64,000 nt of DNA from contig JAVJWO010000130.1 of assembly GCA_040222015.1 (NCBI GenBank), positions 95,956-159,955 on the forward strand, in the 5' to 3' direction. Below the pieces are notes generated by a model. The model searched no databases, had not been told where the DNA came from, and saw only the letters and a list, made by a program, of their open reading frames with translations. Source of the stretch: Coleofasciculus chthonoplastes F2-STO-03 (GTDB taxonomy: Bacteria > Cyanobacteriota > Cyanobacteriia > Cyanobacteriales > Coleofasciculaceae). The first letter of the stretch is position 1. Each line of letters starts with the position of its first letter. A program made the translations under genes and the position numbers. Positions 9,750 to 19,517 of this stretch are shown piece by piece.

Positions 9750-9972
9750 CTCACAAGCAGCTTATGTTGAGAAACAAGTAACCTACACCTTAAATCTGAA
9801 TGGTCAAATTATTGTGATCGAAAACGTCCCTGCCCGTGTTAATGAAGAAACAGGGGAACAGTTTTTCTCCCCCTCAACCGTAGAACGTTTACAACAGACC
9901 CTTTTAGATCACCCAGAACCCGACCATTTTATCCGCGTTCCGGTGTACAACTATTCAAAAAATGTAGCATAA
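9739..9972 (+). CDS. YgiT-type/MqsA-like antitoxin (Cys-less variant)
   Basis: VTYTL...IVIENVPARVNEETGEQFFSPSTVERLQ; overlaps the DUF4258 gene. Confidence 0.85.
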   Translation: MTPNSQAAYVEKQVTYTLNLNGQIIVIENVPARVNEETGEQFFSPSTVERLQQTLLDHPEPDHFIRVPVYNYSKNVA

Positions 9973-9996
9973 ATCCTCTGCCAAAAAATTTCTCCC

Positions 9997-12078
9997 TTGC
10001 CCATGACCAAACCTAACACCATTCCCGCCGTTTCCGTCACCTACGCCCAAGCTGGTACTTCCACTCGCCTCAATGAACTAGGGATGCGCCCGATGCAGGA
10101 ACGGGCTTACCAAAAGCGGGGAGAACAATACCTGTTGATTAAATCCCCCCCTGCCTCTGGTAAAAGTCGCGCCCTGATGTTCATCGCCCTGGATAAGCTC
10201 GAAAACCAGGGATTACAACAAGCCATTATCGTTGTCCCTGAAAAGTCCATCGGGGCAAGTTTTCACAATGAACCCTTGAGTCAGTTTGGCTTCTGGGCAG
10301 ATTGGCAAGTTGAACCCAAGTGGAACCTCTGCGACGCACCTGGAACCGATGGGGGTAAGGTCGATGCAGTTCGGAAATTCCTTGATAGTGAAGCGAAAGT
10401 GCTGGTCTGTACCCATGCCACCTTTCGCTTTGCCGTGGATAAATTCGGCGTGGAAGCCCTGGATAACCGCTTAATTGCCGTCGATGAGTTTCACCACATT
10501 TCCGCCAACCCCGACAACAAATTAGGCGATATTATACGTCAACTGATGACCCGCGACAAAACCCACATTGTCGCCATGACGGGTTCTTATTTTCGCGGGG
10601 ATGCCGAAGCGGTGCTACATCCTGATGATGAGGCGAGATTTGATACCGTCACCTACACCTATTACGAACAACTCAACGGCTATCAATACCTCAAACAACT
10701 GGATATCGGCTACTACTTCTATGCAGGAAGCTACACCGACGCAATCATGGAGGTACTCAATCCCCAGGAGAAGACCATTATCCACATCCCCAATGTCAAC
10801 TCCCGCGAAAGTACCAAAGATAAAATCCGCGAAGTCGAACACATCATCGAGGAACTAGGAGAATGGCAAGGAACTGACCCCGCAACCGGGTTTCAACTCG
10901 TACAAACCGCCGATGGTAAACTCTTGAAGATTGCCGACCTCGTAGACGACGACCCCAGCAAGCGAGATAAGGTCACGGCTAGTCTGAAAGACCCCAGCCA
11001 GAAAAATAAGCGCGATCGCGTGGATATCATTATCGCCCTGGGTATGGCAAAAGAAGGCTTCGACTGGATTTGGTGCGAACACGCCCTTACCATCGGCTAT
11101 CGTTCCAGCCTCACCGAGATTGTCCAAATCATCGGTCGCGCCACCCGTGATGCCCCAGGGAAAACCCGCGCCCGTTTCACCAACCTCATCGCTGAACCGG
11201 ATGCCAGCGAAACTGCCGTCACCGAGGCAGTCAACGACACCCTCAAAGCCATTGCTGCCAGCCTCTTGATGGAACAGGTACTTGCCCCCCGCTTCGAGTT
11301 CAAACCCAAAAACCCCAACAATCAACCCACTCCAGGCTTTGACTACGGAGAAAATGGCTACAATCCCCAGGGGTGTAATGTGGGAGTCAATGCAGAAACG
11401 GGACAAATTCAACTGGAAATTAAAGGACTCGCTGAACCCAAAAGCCAGGAAGCCCAACGGGTTTGTCGGGAGGACTTAACCGAACTGGTGACAGCTTTTG
11501 TCCAAGATAAGCCCACCATCGAGCGGGGCTTGTTCGATGAAGAACTGGTGCCAGAAGAACTGACCCAGGTGCGGATGGGCAAAATTATCAAAGAGAAATT
11601 TCCCAACTTTGAACACGAGGATCAAGAAGCAGTTCGCCAACACGCGATCGCGGCGCTTAACCTCGTCCAACAAGCCAAGCAAACCGTAAATGAAAAGGGT
11701 GGGACGTATAATGTAAATCCCCGTGAGGTTGAAGGGACGAAAAACACCGCCCTCATCGACGGAATCAGGCAGTTCGCCCTCTCGGTCACGGAACTGGACA
11801 TGGATTTGATTGATCGCATCAATCCCTTTGGGGAAGCCTACGCCATTCTAGCTAAGTCCATGAGCGAAGAACGGCTCAAGCAAGTCGCAGCAGTCATTGC
11901 TGCCAAGCGGGTCAGCCTCTCGGTTGATGAAGCCAGAGAACTCGCCAAACGCGCCGTGCGATTCAAGCAGGAACGGGGGCGATTACCCTCCCTCACGGCA
12001 ACTGACCCCTGGGAAAAACGCATGGCAGAAGGGGTGGCATTCCTGCAACGTAAAGTGAAGGAGGAAAACAATGGTTAA
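9997..12078 (+). CDS. YeeB-like SF2 DEAD/DEAH helicase
   Basis: Walker A SPPASGKS, DEFHH, MTGS, MAKEGFD, QIIGRATR; likely ATG start at 10003. Confidence 0.9.
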   Translation: MPMTKPNTIPAVSVTYAQAGTSTRLNELGMRPMQERAYQKRGEQYLLIKSPPASGKSRALMFIALDKLENQGLQQAIIVVPEKSIGASFHNEPLSQFGFWADWQVEPKWNLCDAPGTDGGKVDAVRKFLDSEAKVLVCTHATFRFAVDKFGVEALDNRLIAVDEFHHISANPDNKLGDIIRQLMTRDKTHIVAMTGSYFRGDAEAVLHPDDEARFDTVTYTYYEQLNGYQYLKQLDIGYYFYAGSYTDAIMEVLNPQEKTIIHIPNVNSRESTKDKIREVEHIIEELGEWQGTDPATGFQLVQTADGKLLKIADLVDDDPSKRDKVTASLKDPSQKNKRDRVDIIIALGMAKEGFDWIWCEHALTIGYRSSLTEIVQIIGRATRDAPGKTRARFTNLIAEPDASETAVTEAVNDTLKAIAASLLMEQVLAPRFEFKPKNPNNQPTPGFDYGENGYNPQGCNVGVNAETGQIQLEIKGLAEPKSQEAQRVCREDLTELVTAFVQDKPTIERGLFDEELVPEELTQVRMGKIIKEKFPNFEHEDQEAVRQHAIAALNLVQQAKQTVNEKGGTYNVNPREVEGTKNTALIDGIRQFALSVTELDMDLIDRINPFGEAYAILAKSMSEERLKQVAAVIAAKRVSLSVDEARELAKRAVRFKQERGRLPSLTATDPWEKRMAEGVAFLQRKVKEENNG

Positions 12079-13291
12079 ACACACCACCGATGCCGATTTA
12101 GACCTGCTCGCGGAATTGGGGGTAGATACCGCCCCTGCACCCAAAGTCAAGCGTACCCCCAGAGAAGAACGGATCATCGCTGGATTTGAGGAAATCGAAC
12201 GCTTTGTCACCGAACAAGGGCGACTTCCTCAACACGGGGAAGACCGGGATATTTTTGAGCGCCTCTATGCCGTGCGCTTGGATTGTTTGCGGAACTCGGA
12301 GGAATGTCGCACCCTCCTCGAACCGCTAGACTCACGGGGTATCCTCAAGGCTGACACCGATCTTAACCTCCCTCCAGAAACAGACCTGGATGATGAAGCC
12401 CTGTTAGCCTCCCTGGGGGTTGAGGCAACACCAGGGAACGATATTAACCAGCTTACCCATGTGCGATCGCGTAGCGTTGCCGGAGGCAAATCGCGTCAGG
12501 AGATTAAAGCTGCCGAAGAAATTGCCCAACGCACCCCCTGTCAGGACTTTAAACAGTTCAAACCCATCTTTAAAAAAGTGCAACAGGACTTAGAAACTGG
12601 GGCTAGAGAAACCCTGAAATATCGGGATGATGCCACGGTCAATCAGGGGGATTTCTTTATTCTGGATGGGCAAAAGTTGATCGTTGCCGATCTAGGTGAA
12701 CCGTTTATCAGCGATTATGGTAAGCCAGACCGCAGGTTAAGAGTCATTTACGACAATGGGACAGAGAGTAATTTATTGCTGCGATCGCTCCAACGGGCAT
12801 TAAATAAGGACAAAACCAGTCGTCGCATCACCAACCCTGATTTTAGTTCCCTGCCCCTGTTTGCCCAAACAGAAGCCGAAGACGATATCACAACGGGCTA
12901 CATCTATGTGCTGAGAAGCAAATCCGACGATCCCTTCATTGTTCAGAATTATGAGTTAGTCCACAAAATTGGTGTCACGGTCGGCGATGTCAAAAAGCGA
13001 ATTGCCAACGCGAAAAAAGACCCAACCTACCTACTCGCAGAGGTAGAAATCGTCGCTACCTTCAAACTGGCTAATATCAACCCAAAGAAACTGGAAGCAC
13101 TCCTGCACAAGTTTTTCGATAATGTTCGTTTAGATATGGAATTGCGCGATCGCTTTGGCATTCCCGTACAGCCGAGAGAGTGGTTTCTCGTGCCATTAGA
13201 AGCGATTGAAGAAGTCATTGCCAAAATCAAGGCAGGAACAATCGATCAATTTCGCTACGATCCAGAAACCGCAAGTCTCACGCGATCGTAA
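12071..13291 (+). CDS. YeeC-like GIY-YIG/T5orf172 domain protein
   Basis: GYIYVLRS...HKIGVT...LEALLHKFF...PREWF; overlaps the helicase stop by 8 nt. Confidence 0.88.
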   Translation: MVKHTTDADLDLLAELGVDTAPAPKVKRTPREERIIAGFEEIERFVTEQGRLPQHGEDRDIFERLYAVRLDCLRNSEECRTLLEPLDSRGILKADTDLNLPPETDLDDEALLASLGVEATPGNDINQLTHVRSRSVAGGKSRQEIKAAEEIAQRTPCQDFKQFKPIFKKVQQDLETGARETLKYRDDATVNQGDFFILDGQKLIVADLGEPFISDYGKPDRRLRVIYDNGTESNLLLRSLQRALNKDKTSRRITNPDFSSLPLFAQTEAEDDITTGYIYVLRSKSDDPFIVQNYELVHKIGVTVGDVKKRIANAKKDPTYLLAEVEIVATFKLANINPKKLEALLHKFFDNVRLDMELRDRFGIPVQPREWFLVPLEAIEEVIAKIKAGTIDQFRYDPETASLTRS

Positions 13292-13378
13292 TACCATCCA
13301 AAGAGAACAGCTTCACGAAGACGGTTTAATCTAAACCGCGACTCTCCTTACATAATCTTTATATAATTTTGGATTTTC

Positions 13379-13468
13379 ATGAAACCGCTTTATATTGAAG
13401 CAGTGGGGCAGCAGATTGAGAGTATAGAACAATTCAAAAAAGGCTTGCTGCAAAAAATGTTTGTTTAG
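13379..13468 (+). pseudogene. Type I R-M HsdS C-terminal remnant
   Basis: Manual translation MKPLYIEAVGQQIESIEQFKKGLLQKMFV*, the characteristic HsdS C-terminal helix (KKGLLQKMF). Confidence 0.65.
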
Positions 13469-13543
13469 CTTGTTAAAATCAAACCAAATAACCCAGAACT
13501 AAACTACCCCCAAGCAGCGACAAACTTAGGAGGTCACGAAACC

Positions 13544-14140
13544 ATGATTGCAGCCCCAGAAAAATTCCCCACCCTAACCCCTGAAGAATACTTCACTTGG
13601 GAAGAACAGCAACTAGAAAAACACGAGCTGATCGACGGTCAAGTTTATGCCATGAGTGGCGGTAGTGTTAATCATGGTCGCCTTGCCATTAGACTTACAG
13701 TCATGTTTGATAATCACCTAGAAAATAGCAGTTGCATCACGGGCAATTCTGACATCAAAATTAATATTCTTGAGACTAATAACTACACCTACCCCGATGC
13801 CAGCGTCACTTGCGACGATCGCGACAAAACCACAACCCAATACATTACCTATCCCTGCTTAGTCGTTGAAGTTCTTTCCCCCAGCACCGAAGCCTATGAC
13901 AGAGGCAGAAAATTTAGAATGTATCGCCATAATCCAGCCCTACAAGACTATTTGTTAGTCAGTTCCACCCGCCTCGAAATCGATTTGTATCACAAAAAAG
14001 AGACAGGCGAATGGCTGATCATTAACTACCAAGCAGGCGACACCATCGAACTCAAAAGCATCAATCTAAATTTTCCCATTGAGCAAATCTATCGCAACCT
14101 CGACCTCAACCCAGAAACTGAATCAACTCAATTACTCTAA
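13544..14140 (+). CDS. Uma2-family endonuclease
   Basis: YTYPDASVTCD, LVVEVLSPSTEAYDRG; AGGAGG RBS upstream. Confidence 0.92.
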   Translation: MIAAPEKFPTLTPEEYFTWEEQQLEKHELIDGQVYAMSGGSVNHGRLAIRLTVMFDNHLENSSCITGNSDIKINILETNNYTYPDASVTCDDRDKTTTQYITYPCLVVEVLSPSTEAYDRGRKFRMYRHNPALQDYLLVSSTRLEIDLYHKKETGEWLIINYQAGDTIELKSINLNFPIEQIYRNLDLNPETESTQLL

Positions 14141-14428
14141 ACTCTATTCCCTGATACGAATGTACTTATAGAATTCTATAAAGGCAATCCCGCGATCGTC
14201 CAGGAGCTAAGACAGATCGGCATCGCGCAACTAGCAATCAGCGTGATTGCCCAAGCCGAACTCTACTACGGTGCGCTCAACAAAGCCGAATTACTCAGAA
14301 TCCAAAAACACCTAAATCTACTGCACAACCTGCCGATTGATCGGCAAGTCTCCAGTCAGTTCATTGAACTCATGGTGCAAGGACTTATACACGATGTTCT
14401 ACATTGCTTAAGCTTTCCTAGAAGGTAA
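14141..14428 (+). pseudogene. VapC/PIN toxin fragment
   Basis: Frame extended upstream of the 14243 ORF reads TLFPDTNVLIEFYKGNPAIVQELRQIG...LAISVIAQAELYYGA; no start codon and no C-terminal PIN acidic motifs. Confidence 0.75.
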
Positions 14429-14479
14429 AGGGCTTTCTTTTTCCAAGCATTCTAACGTTAAAATGAGGTTATCTATTTA

Positions 14480-15124
14480 GTGCAAAACGAGCCAATGCTA
14501 ACCCTAGACGAACTCATTGCCGAAGCCACTGCCCTCTCTGATGCTGACAAAGCAATCCTGATTGATAAACTGACAGCAAGCATGGACGAACAATGCACTG
14601 CTCCAAAAACCGCAACCATTCCCCCCGCTACTCTCACTAAACTCCGAGGATTTCTAGTATTATCGCTTTTCCTATATGGCATAGCACTTGCGCTACCTTG
14701 CCTTTTGTTTAATGTAGTTCCTACAGACTCTGTTGGCGTGAGTCCCTCTGACCCTAATGACGTTTATGCCATGAAGGGGATCGAACTGACTTTCTTTGGC
14801 ATTATTGGATTACTTTTTCTGCAAATTCCCGCGATTGGATGGTTCGCTAATCCACTCTATTGGTTGTGCTGCATCACTTTTATAATGCAACGATACAGGT
14901 TCTCAGCTATAGCTGGAATAGCCGCCGTTCTTATTGGTTTTGGAGGAACATTTTCAGCATTTTGGTTCAAATTACCCGCTGATAGCGGTGGCGTTTCTGA
15001 ATTTGCCCTGAACCAATTATTATTGGGTTTCTGGCTGTGGCTAGCGGCTCCTGGCTTAATAGCCCTAGTTTCTATCATCGGTCTATTAAAACAGCCAGCC
15101 CGATTAAGCACTAGAAGCGATTAA
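14480..15124 (+). CDS. Chimeric membrane protein (N-terminus duplicated from the 8809 ORF)
   Basis: First ~55 aa near-identical to the 8809 ORF, then about 4 hydrophobic segments with WFANP and GFWLW motifs. Confidence 0.65.
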   Translation: MQNEPMLTLDELIAEATALSDADKAILIDKLTASMDEQCTAPKTATIPPATLTKLRGFLVLSLFLYGIALALPCLLFNVVPTDSVGVSPSDPNDVYAMKGIELTFFGIIGLLFLQIPAIGWFANPLYWLCCITFIMQRYRFSAIAGIAAVLIGFGGTFSAFWFKLPADSGGVSEFALNQLLLGFWLWLAAPGLIALVSIIGLLKQPARLSTRSD

Positions 15125-15139
15125 GAGGGGAGCAATAGA

Positions 15140-15275
15140 TATAGCGCTACGCGCTAGGCAATGGGCAATAGGCAATAGGCAATGGGCTTTCTTTGAAGAA
15201 AGAAGCTTACCGTATAAGGGATTGAGCGATTTAAATTTTTCTTCATTTGTCCTAACGTGTGTGCGTAGTGCTATA
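15140..15275. mobile_element. MITE-like element (TATAGCGCTACGC...GCGTAGTGCTATA) with internal GGCAATA heptamers
   Basis: 13-bp imperfect TIR. The right end has GTCCTAAC at the same 27-nt offset as the 106-bp element. Confidence 0.7.
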
Positions 15276-15312
15276 AGAGCTATGAAAACTAAACCTGTCA
15301 AGGCAACTTGTA

Positions 15313-16104
15313 ATGAAAAAACATCCCGTAACTTGGTTCTACATCTTAGCGTTTAGCTTCTCATGGCTTGGCATGATATCAGCCGCCTTAGGTTCGCGAG
15401 CTATTGCCCCATTTGACAGTCCCTACGTCCAGATTCTTTCCATCTTTTATGCCGTTGGACCGGCGCTTGCGGCTGTGATTGTGTCACAAGTGGCCGATGG
15501 GAAAACAGGGGTGCAAGAATTGGATCAGGGGCTTATTCAATGGCGGGTTAGTCTAGTATGGTACATCGTAGCGGTGCTCGGTCCTGTTGTTCTTGCCATT
15601 GCGGCACAAGTCGTCACAAAATTACTTAGCTTGCCCGTAACAATCGCAGTGCCACAAGGCAATTTATCTTTCTACGCCATTTTTGGTTTCGTGATTAATT
15701 TCTTCGCCAATACCTGTGAAGAAATTGGGTGGCGTGGTTTCGCATTGCCACGATTGCAGAAACGACATAATGCCTTGACTGCCACCCTCATAGTGGGCAT
15801 ATTGTGGGGTTTTTGGCATTTGCCGCTTGTCTTTTTGGTAGGCAACCCGATGTCTGAGTTTCCTTTCCTCTGGTTCATCATGATCGTGACCAATGCTTTT
15901 ATCTATACTTGGATTTACAACAGTACTAAAGGCAGTATTTTGCTCGTGGCACTTTTTCATGGTTCGCTGAACATATTTGGAGCATTTATACCTGGAGTGT
16001 CTCCTATCTCGGATGTCCTTCTGAATTGTGTGGTGGCTATCATCCTGATCGCCGTGTTTGGAAGAACGAATCTCTCTCGCCGAAAAAGAGTTTGTGCGGG
16101 CTAA
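15313..16104 (+). CDS. CPBP/Abi-family intramembrane metalloprotease
   Basis: EEIGWRG, WGFWHLP, ALFHGSLN motifs; multi-TM. Confidence 0.9.
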   Translation: MKKHPVTWFYILAFSFSWLGMISAALGSRAIAPFDSPYVQILSIFYAVGPALAAVIVSQVADGKTGVQELDQGLIQWRVSLVWYIVAVLGPVVLAIAAQVVTKLLSLPVTIAVPQGNLSFYAIFGFVINFFANTCEEIGWRGFALPRLQKRHNALTATLIVGILWGFWHLPLVFLVGNPMSEFPFLWFIMIVTNAFIYTWIYNSTKGSILLVALFHGSLNIFGAFIPGVSPISDVLLNCVVAIILIAVFGRTNLSRRKRVCAG

Positions 16105-16194
16105 AATCTGGTTCCAACTAACCGTTAGGCTCCTGAGTGATTAACACAATGGTCTTGGGCCTGCTGGCTGCTGTCTTCGGTTGTTAGACCACAG

Positions 16195-16533
16195 TTGCCC
16201 ACCTTAGGTATGGTGCTGTTTATCGCGGGGATTTTTGGCCCCGGTATCGCGGCGATATCTGTGGTGAGGTATGCCAGTGGACAGAACGGGCTGCATAGTT
16301 GGCTCTGGCGTTCTCTTCAATGGCGGCTTGGCTGGCGCTGGCTGGCTCTCTCGTTTTTCTTGCCTCTGGCAGTCATGGCGCTGGCCGCCGCTGTGCACAT
16401 TGCCCTGGGCATTCCATCCGATGACAAGGAACTTCCCCGAAATCATTACCAGTCCGAGTCTTCACCGACAACCGATCGCCCAGTCAATCGACATAGCTGG
16501 TCAGTTTTACAAAGTAATTTTTCAGTTTGTTAA
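16195..16533 (+). pseudogene. Fragment of a second CPBP/Abi protease
   Basis: FGPGIAAISVV...LQWRLGWRW resembles the CPBP N-terminal part; no EExxxR motif, and the tail is non-homologous. Confidence 0.55.
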
Positions 16534-16726
16534 GGCTTTGGTAACTCTTGTATCATCCTCACTACAATCGTGAGTTGAGTGGTTCGAGATGAGTTATGGT
16601 AAAAAAAACCAAGCAATCCTTAAGTAATTCTTAAAGGAGTCGTGTTCTTTGCCAGATCGCGACACGGCGTTGGAAAACCAGCTTTATTTCTCGGCTGCTG
16701 CCACTTTACCTAAGGAAGGAGATTGT

Positions 16727-16960
16727 ATGACTCCCACAATGCTGCGTCAGTTGTGGTCTTTAATTGAAATGACTCAATCTAATCTGCTACTGAAACTTGA
16801 CGATGCTAGTCTGGTTCAGTGGATACTCAAGCAATTCAAACAAGAGCGAGGTCTTAACTCAGAGGAAATGCATATTTTGAATGACTATCTCTATAATCGC
16901 TTGTCTCTGATCCGGGATCTGGCAGAACAACGGTATGCAACGAGTCACTCGTCATCCTAG
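16727..16960 (+). CDS. Conserved-type cyanobacterial hypothetical protein
   Basis: MTPTMLRQLWSLIEMTQ...RLSLIRDLA with AAGGAG RBS; the ORF track starts further upstream (16649). Confidence 0.7.
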   Translation: MTPTMLRQLWSLIEMTQSNLLLKLDDASLVQWILKQFKQERGLNSEEMHILNDYLYNRLSLIRDLAEQRYATSHSSS

Positions 16961-17418
16961 TGCAATTTGGCTGTAAATACCCATCAGTTCACAAAAGAGG
17001 GGGGTGATGGGGTGAACGGGTGACAGTATACAGACGATTGAGGTGGGCAATAACACGTTCTTGATAACCTGAGCATTTCCTTCTTTGATCACTCTTGCCC
17101 ACCCGACTTCAACTTGAATTGACTTATTCTCAACATTTATTAAAAAATATTTCGGTAAATTACTATATATTTCGTGCCTAACCAGCGCTACGTTGCCGCT
17201 AATCCCTGGGAATGGTATAGGGAATCTGTTTCAGCGTTTATCCATCTTGTCAGATTAAGACAAGGGGTTTACACTTTGATCAGGACAGGGAAGAAGGCTT
17301 CGTAGTCAACCTTCGGTTAATGGATCTCAGCTAAGAGAGGTTCCTCTTCCCCCCCAAATATTAAGCTTTTTTAAAAGGTAGACCTGATACAGAAACCTAG
17401 GTGATTATTGACTACACT

Positions 17419-17437
17419 TAATGAGAATTACTTTTAA
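17419..17437 (+). promoter_or_regulatory. Candidate Fur box upstream of feoB
   Basis: TAATGAGAATTACTTTTAA resembles the Fur consensus; a second TGAGAAT-containing site lies in reverse at ~17117-17137. Confidence 0.5.
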
Positions 17438-17479
17438 CAAGTTGTAGAATTCGTTTCCCATCATCGGAGTCAAGAAGAT

Positions 17480-18100
17480 ATGGAATGTCACAAATGTCAA
17501 AATACTTGCCACCACAAGCCCAGTAGAGGGAGTGGCTGGAAATGGTGGGGAAAACCGCCGCAACCATCACCTCTGAAAACTGAACCCATTCCCCAAGTGG
17601 CTTTGGTGGGAACGCCCAATGTGGGTAAAAGTGTTCTGTTTAATGCCCTGACGGGTACGTATGTCACCGTCTCCAACTATCCCGGTACAACAGTGGAAGT
17701 CTCCAGGGGTCAGATGACGGTTGGGGATCGCCCGTTTGCGGTGGTGGATACGCCGGGAATGTATTCCCTACTCCCGATTACCGAAGAGGAAAAAGTATCG
17801 CGGGATTTATTACTCAGCGAATCAGTAGACTTGGTGATTCATGTCGTCGATGCCAAAAACTTAGGGCGGATGCTTCCGTTGACGTTTCAGCTTATTGAAG
17901 CGGGTTTGCCTGTGCTGTTAGCCGTCAACATGATCGATGAAGCCGAACAACTGGGGATTGAGATTCACCGGGATCATCTGGAAATGGAATTAGGGATTCC
18001 GGTTGTCACTATGGCAGCTGCACTGAATGTTGGTTTACGAGATTTGAAATATAAGGTGGGTGATTATGTTAAGTCAGGTTGCTTATCCGGAACCTATTGA
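17480..18100 (+). CDS. feoB: FeoB GTPase domain (split FeoB, N-part)
   Basis: GTPNVGKS, VSNYPGTTV, DTPG, NMID G-motifs. Confidence 0.9.
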   Translation: MECHKCQNTCHHKPSRGSGWKWWGKPPQPSPLKTEPIPQVALVGTPNVGKSVLFNALTGTYVTVSNYPGTTVEVSRGQMTVGDRPFAVVDTPGMYSLLPITEEEKVSRDLLLSESVDLVIHVVDAKNLGRMLPLTFQLIEAGLPVLLAVNMIDEAEQLGIEIHRDHLEMELGIPVVTMAAALNVGLRDLKYKVGDYVKSGCLSGTY

Positions 18101-19517
18101 GGGGGCGATCGCGAAACTGGAGTCGTTGTTATCACGATTGTCGCTATCCCAGGATTATCCCCTGTCTCGGCGCAGTATTGCCTTACTCCTGTTGCAAAAA
18201 GATCCGGCACTTTGGCAACAACTTCAGATTCAGGATACAGAAGCGGAAATTAAAGCCGCGATCGCAGATGCTGAGAGTCAGTTGGATGAACCGCTAATCG
18301 CAGTTATTGCTAAGGCGCGTCAGCAACGGGCGTGGGCGATCGAACAAATTGTCCTCAGCGAATCGAGTCAAGAGAAAACCCCATTAGCGGAACGACTGCA
18401 CCAACTCACAGTTAATCCGTGGACAGGATTTCCGATTTTGCTGGCGATTCTCTATTACGGGGTTTACAAATTTGTCGGCGAATTCGGCGCGGGGACGATG
18501 GTGGATACCATTGAAACCTTTTTTGAGACATATATTAATCCCGTTGTCAACCAAACGGTAACGGTAATTTTGCCCTGGCAACCCTTACAGGATTTAATCG
18601 CCAACGACTACGGGATTATTACCCTAGGGATTCGCTATGCCGTGGCGATTGTCTTACCTGTGGTTGCCACATTCTTTTTCATGTTTTCCTTCCTGGAAGA
18701 CAGTGGCTATCTGCCGCGATTATCCCTGATGCTGGATAACCTGTTTAAAGCGATCGGGTTATCGGGGCGGGCGGTGATTCCGATTGTGTTGGGATTAGGG
18801 TGTGACACCATGGCAACCTTAGTTACCCGAACCCTGGAAACGACACGGGAACGACTGATTGCCACGTTTTTACTCTCCTTAGCCATTCCCTGTGCCGCAC
18901 AGTGGGGGGTGATTGTGGGATTGTTAGCCCAAAAACCCGCCGCGTTGTTGATTTGGGGTGGAGTTATTGGGGCAATTTTTATGATTACGGGCTATCTAAG
19001 CGCCCGAATGCTGCCGGGAAACCCAGCTAGTTTTTACATGGAAATTCCCCCCTTGCGCTTTCCCAAACTGCAAAACATTCTGGTGAAAACCTATCTCAGA
19101 ATGAAGTGGTATTTTTTGGAAATTCTGCCCCTATTTATTTGGGCATCGGTGATTATTTGGTTTGGGCGTTTGACCGGGTTGTTTGGCTGGATTATCCAGG
19201 GGATTGAGCCGATTGCTTTAGGGTTAGGATTGCCCAGAGAAGCTGCGCCGATCTTTTTATATGGTTTCTTCCGGCGGGATTACGGCGCGGCTGGATTATT
19301 TGATATGCAACAAGAGGGAATTTTTACGGGGAATCAGTTGGTGGTGACAGCGATTGTGTTAACCCTGTTTTTACCTTGTATTGCCCAACTGCAAGTAATG
19401 TTGAAAGAGCGCGGGGCGAAAGTAACTTGGGCGATTGTGGCGTTTATTTTTCCCTTTGCCTTTTTTGTGGGATATTTGGTCAATAGTTTGTTAACTGGAT
19501 TAGGAGTAACGATTTAA
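18060..19517 (+). CDS. feoB: FeoB membrane domain (split FeoB, C-part)
   Basis: LEDSGYLPR, GLGC, IPC, FYMEIPPLR, LPCIA gate motifs. Confidence 0.9.
   Translation: MIMLSQVAYPEPIEGAIAKLESLLSRLSLSQDYPLSRRSIALLLLQKDPALWQQLQIQDTEAEIKAAIADAESQLDEPLIAVIAKARQQRAWAIEQIVLSESSQEKTPLAERLHQLTVNPWTGFPILLAILYYGVYKFVGEFGAGTMVDTIETFFETYINPVVNQTVTVILPWQPLQDLIANDYGIITLGIRYAVAIVLPVVATFFFMFSFLEDSGYLPRLSLMLDNLFKAIGLSGRAVIPIVLGLGCDTMATLVTRTLETTRERLIATFLLSLAIPCAAQWGVIVGLLAQKPAALLIWGGVIGAIFMITGYLSARMLPGNPASFYMEIPPLRFPKLQNILVKTYLRMKWYFLEILPLFIWASVIIWFGRLTGLFGWIIQGIEPIALGLGLPREAAPIFLYGFFRRDYGAAGLFDMQQEGIFTGNQLVVTAIVLTLFLPCIAQLQVMLKERGAKVTWAIVAFIFPFAFFVGYLVNSLLTGLGVTI

Noticed and set aside
4293..16600. Integrase and attR copy of the tRNA-Ala 3' end
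   Set aside because: No tyrosine or serine recombinase ORF and no duplicated tRNA end found by eye, so the island is not called an integrative element.
16985..17140. IsaR1-like iron-stress sRNA near feoB
   Set aside because: Only a CCCCTCTTTTGT tail and a Fur-like site match; the body is a GGTGGGCA...TGCCCACC repeat.
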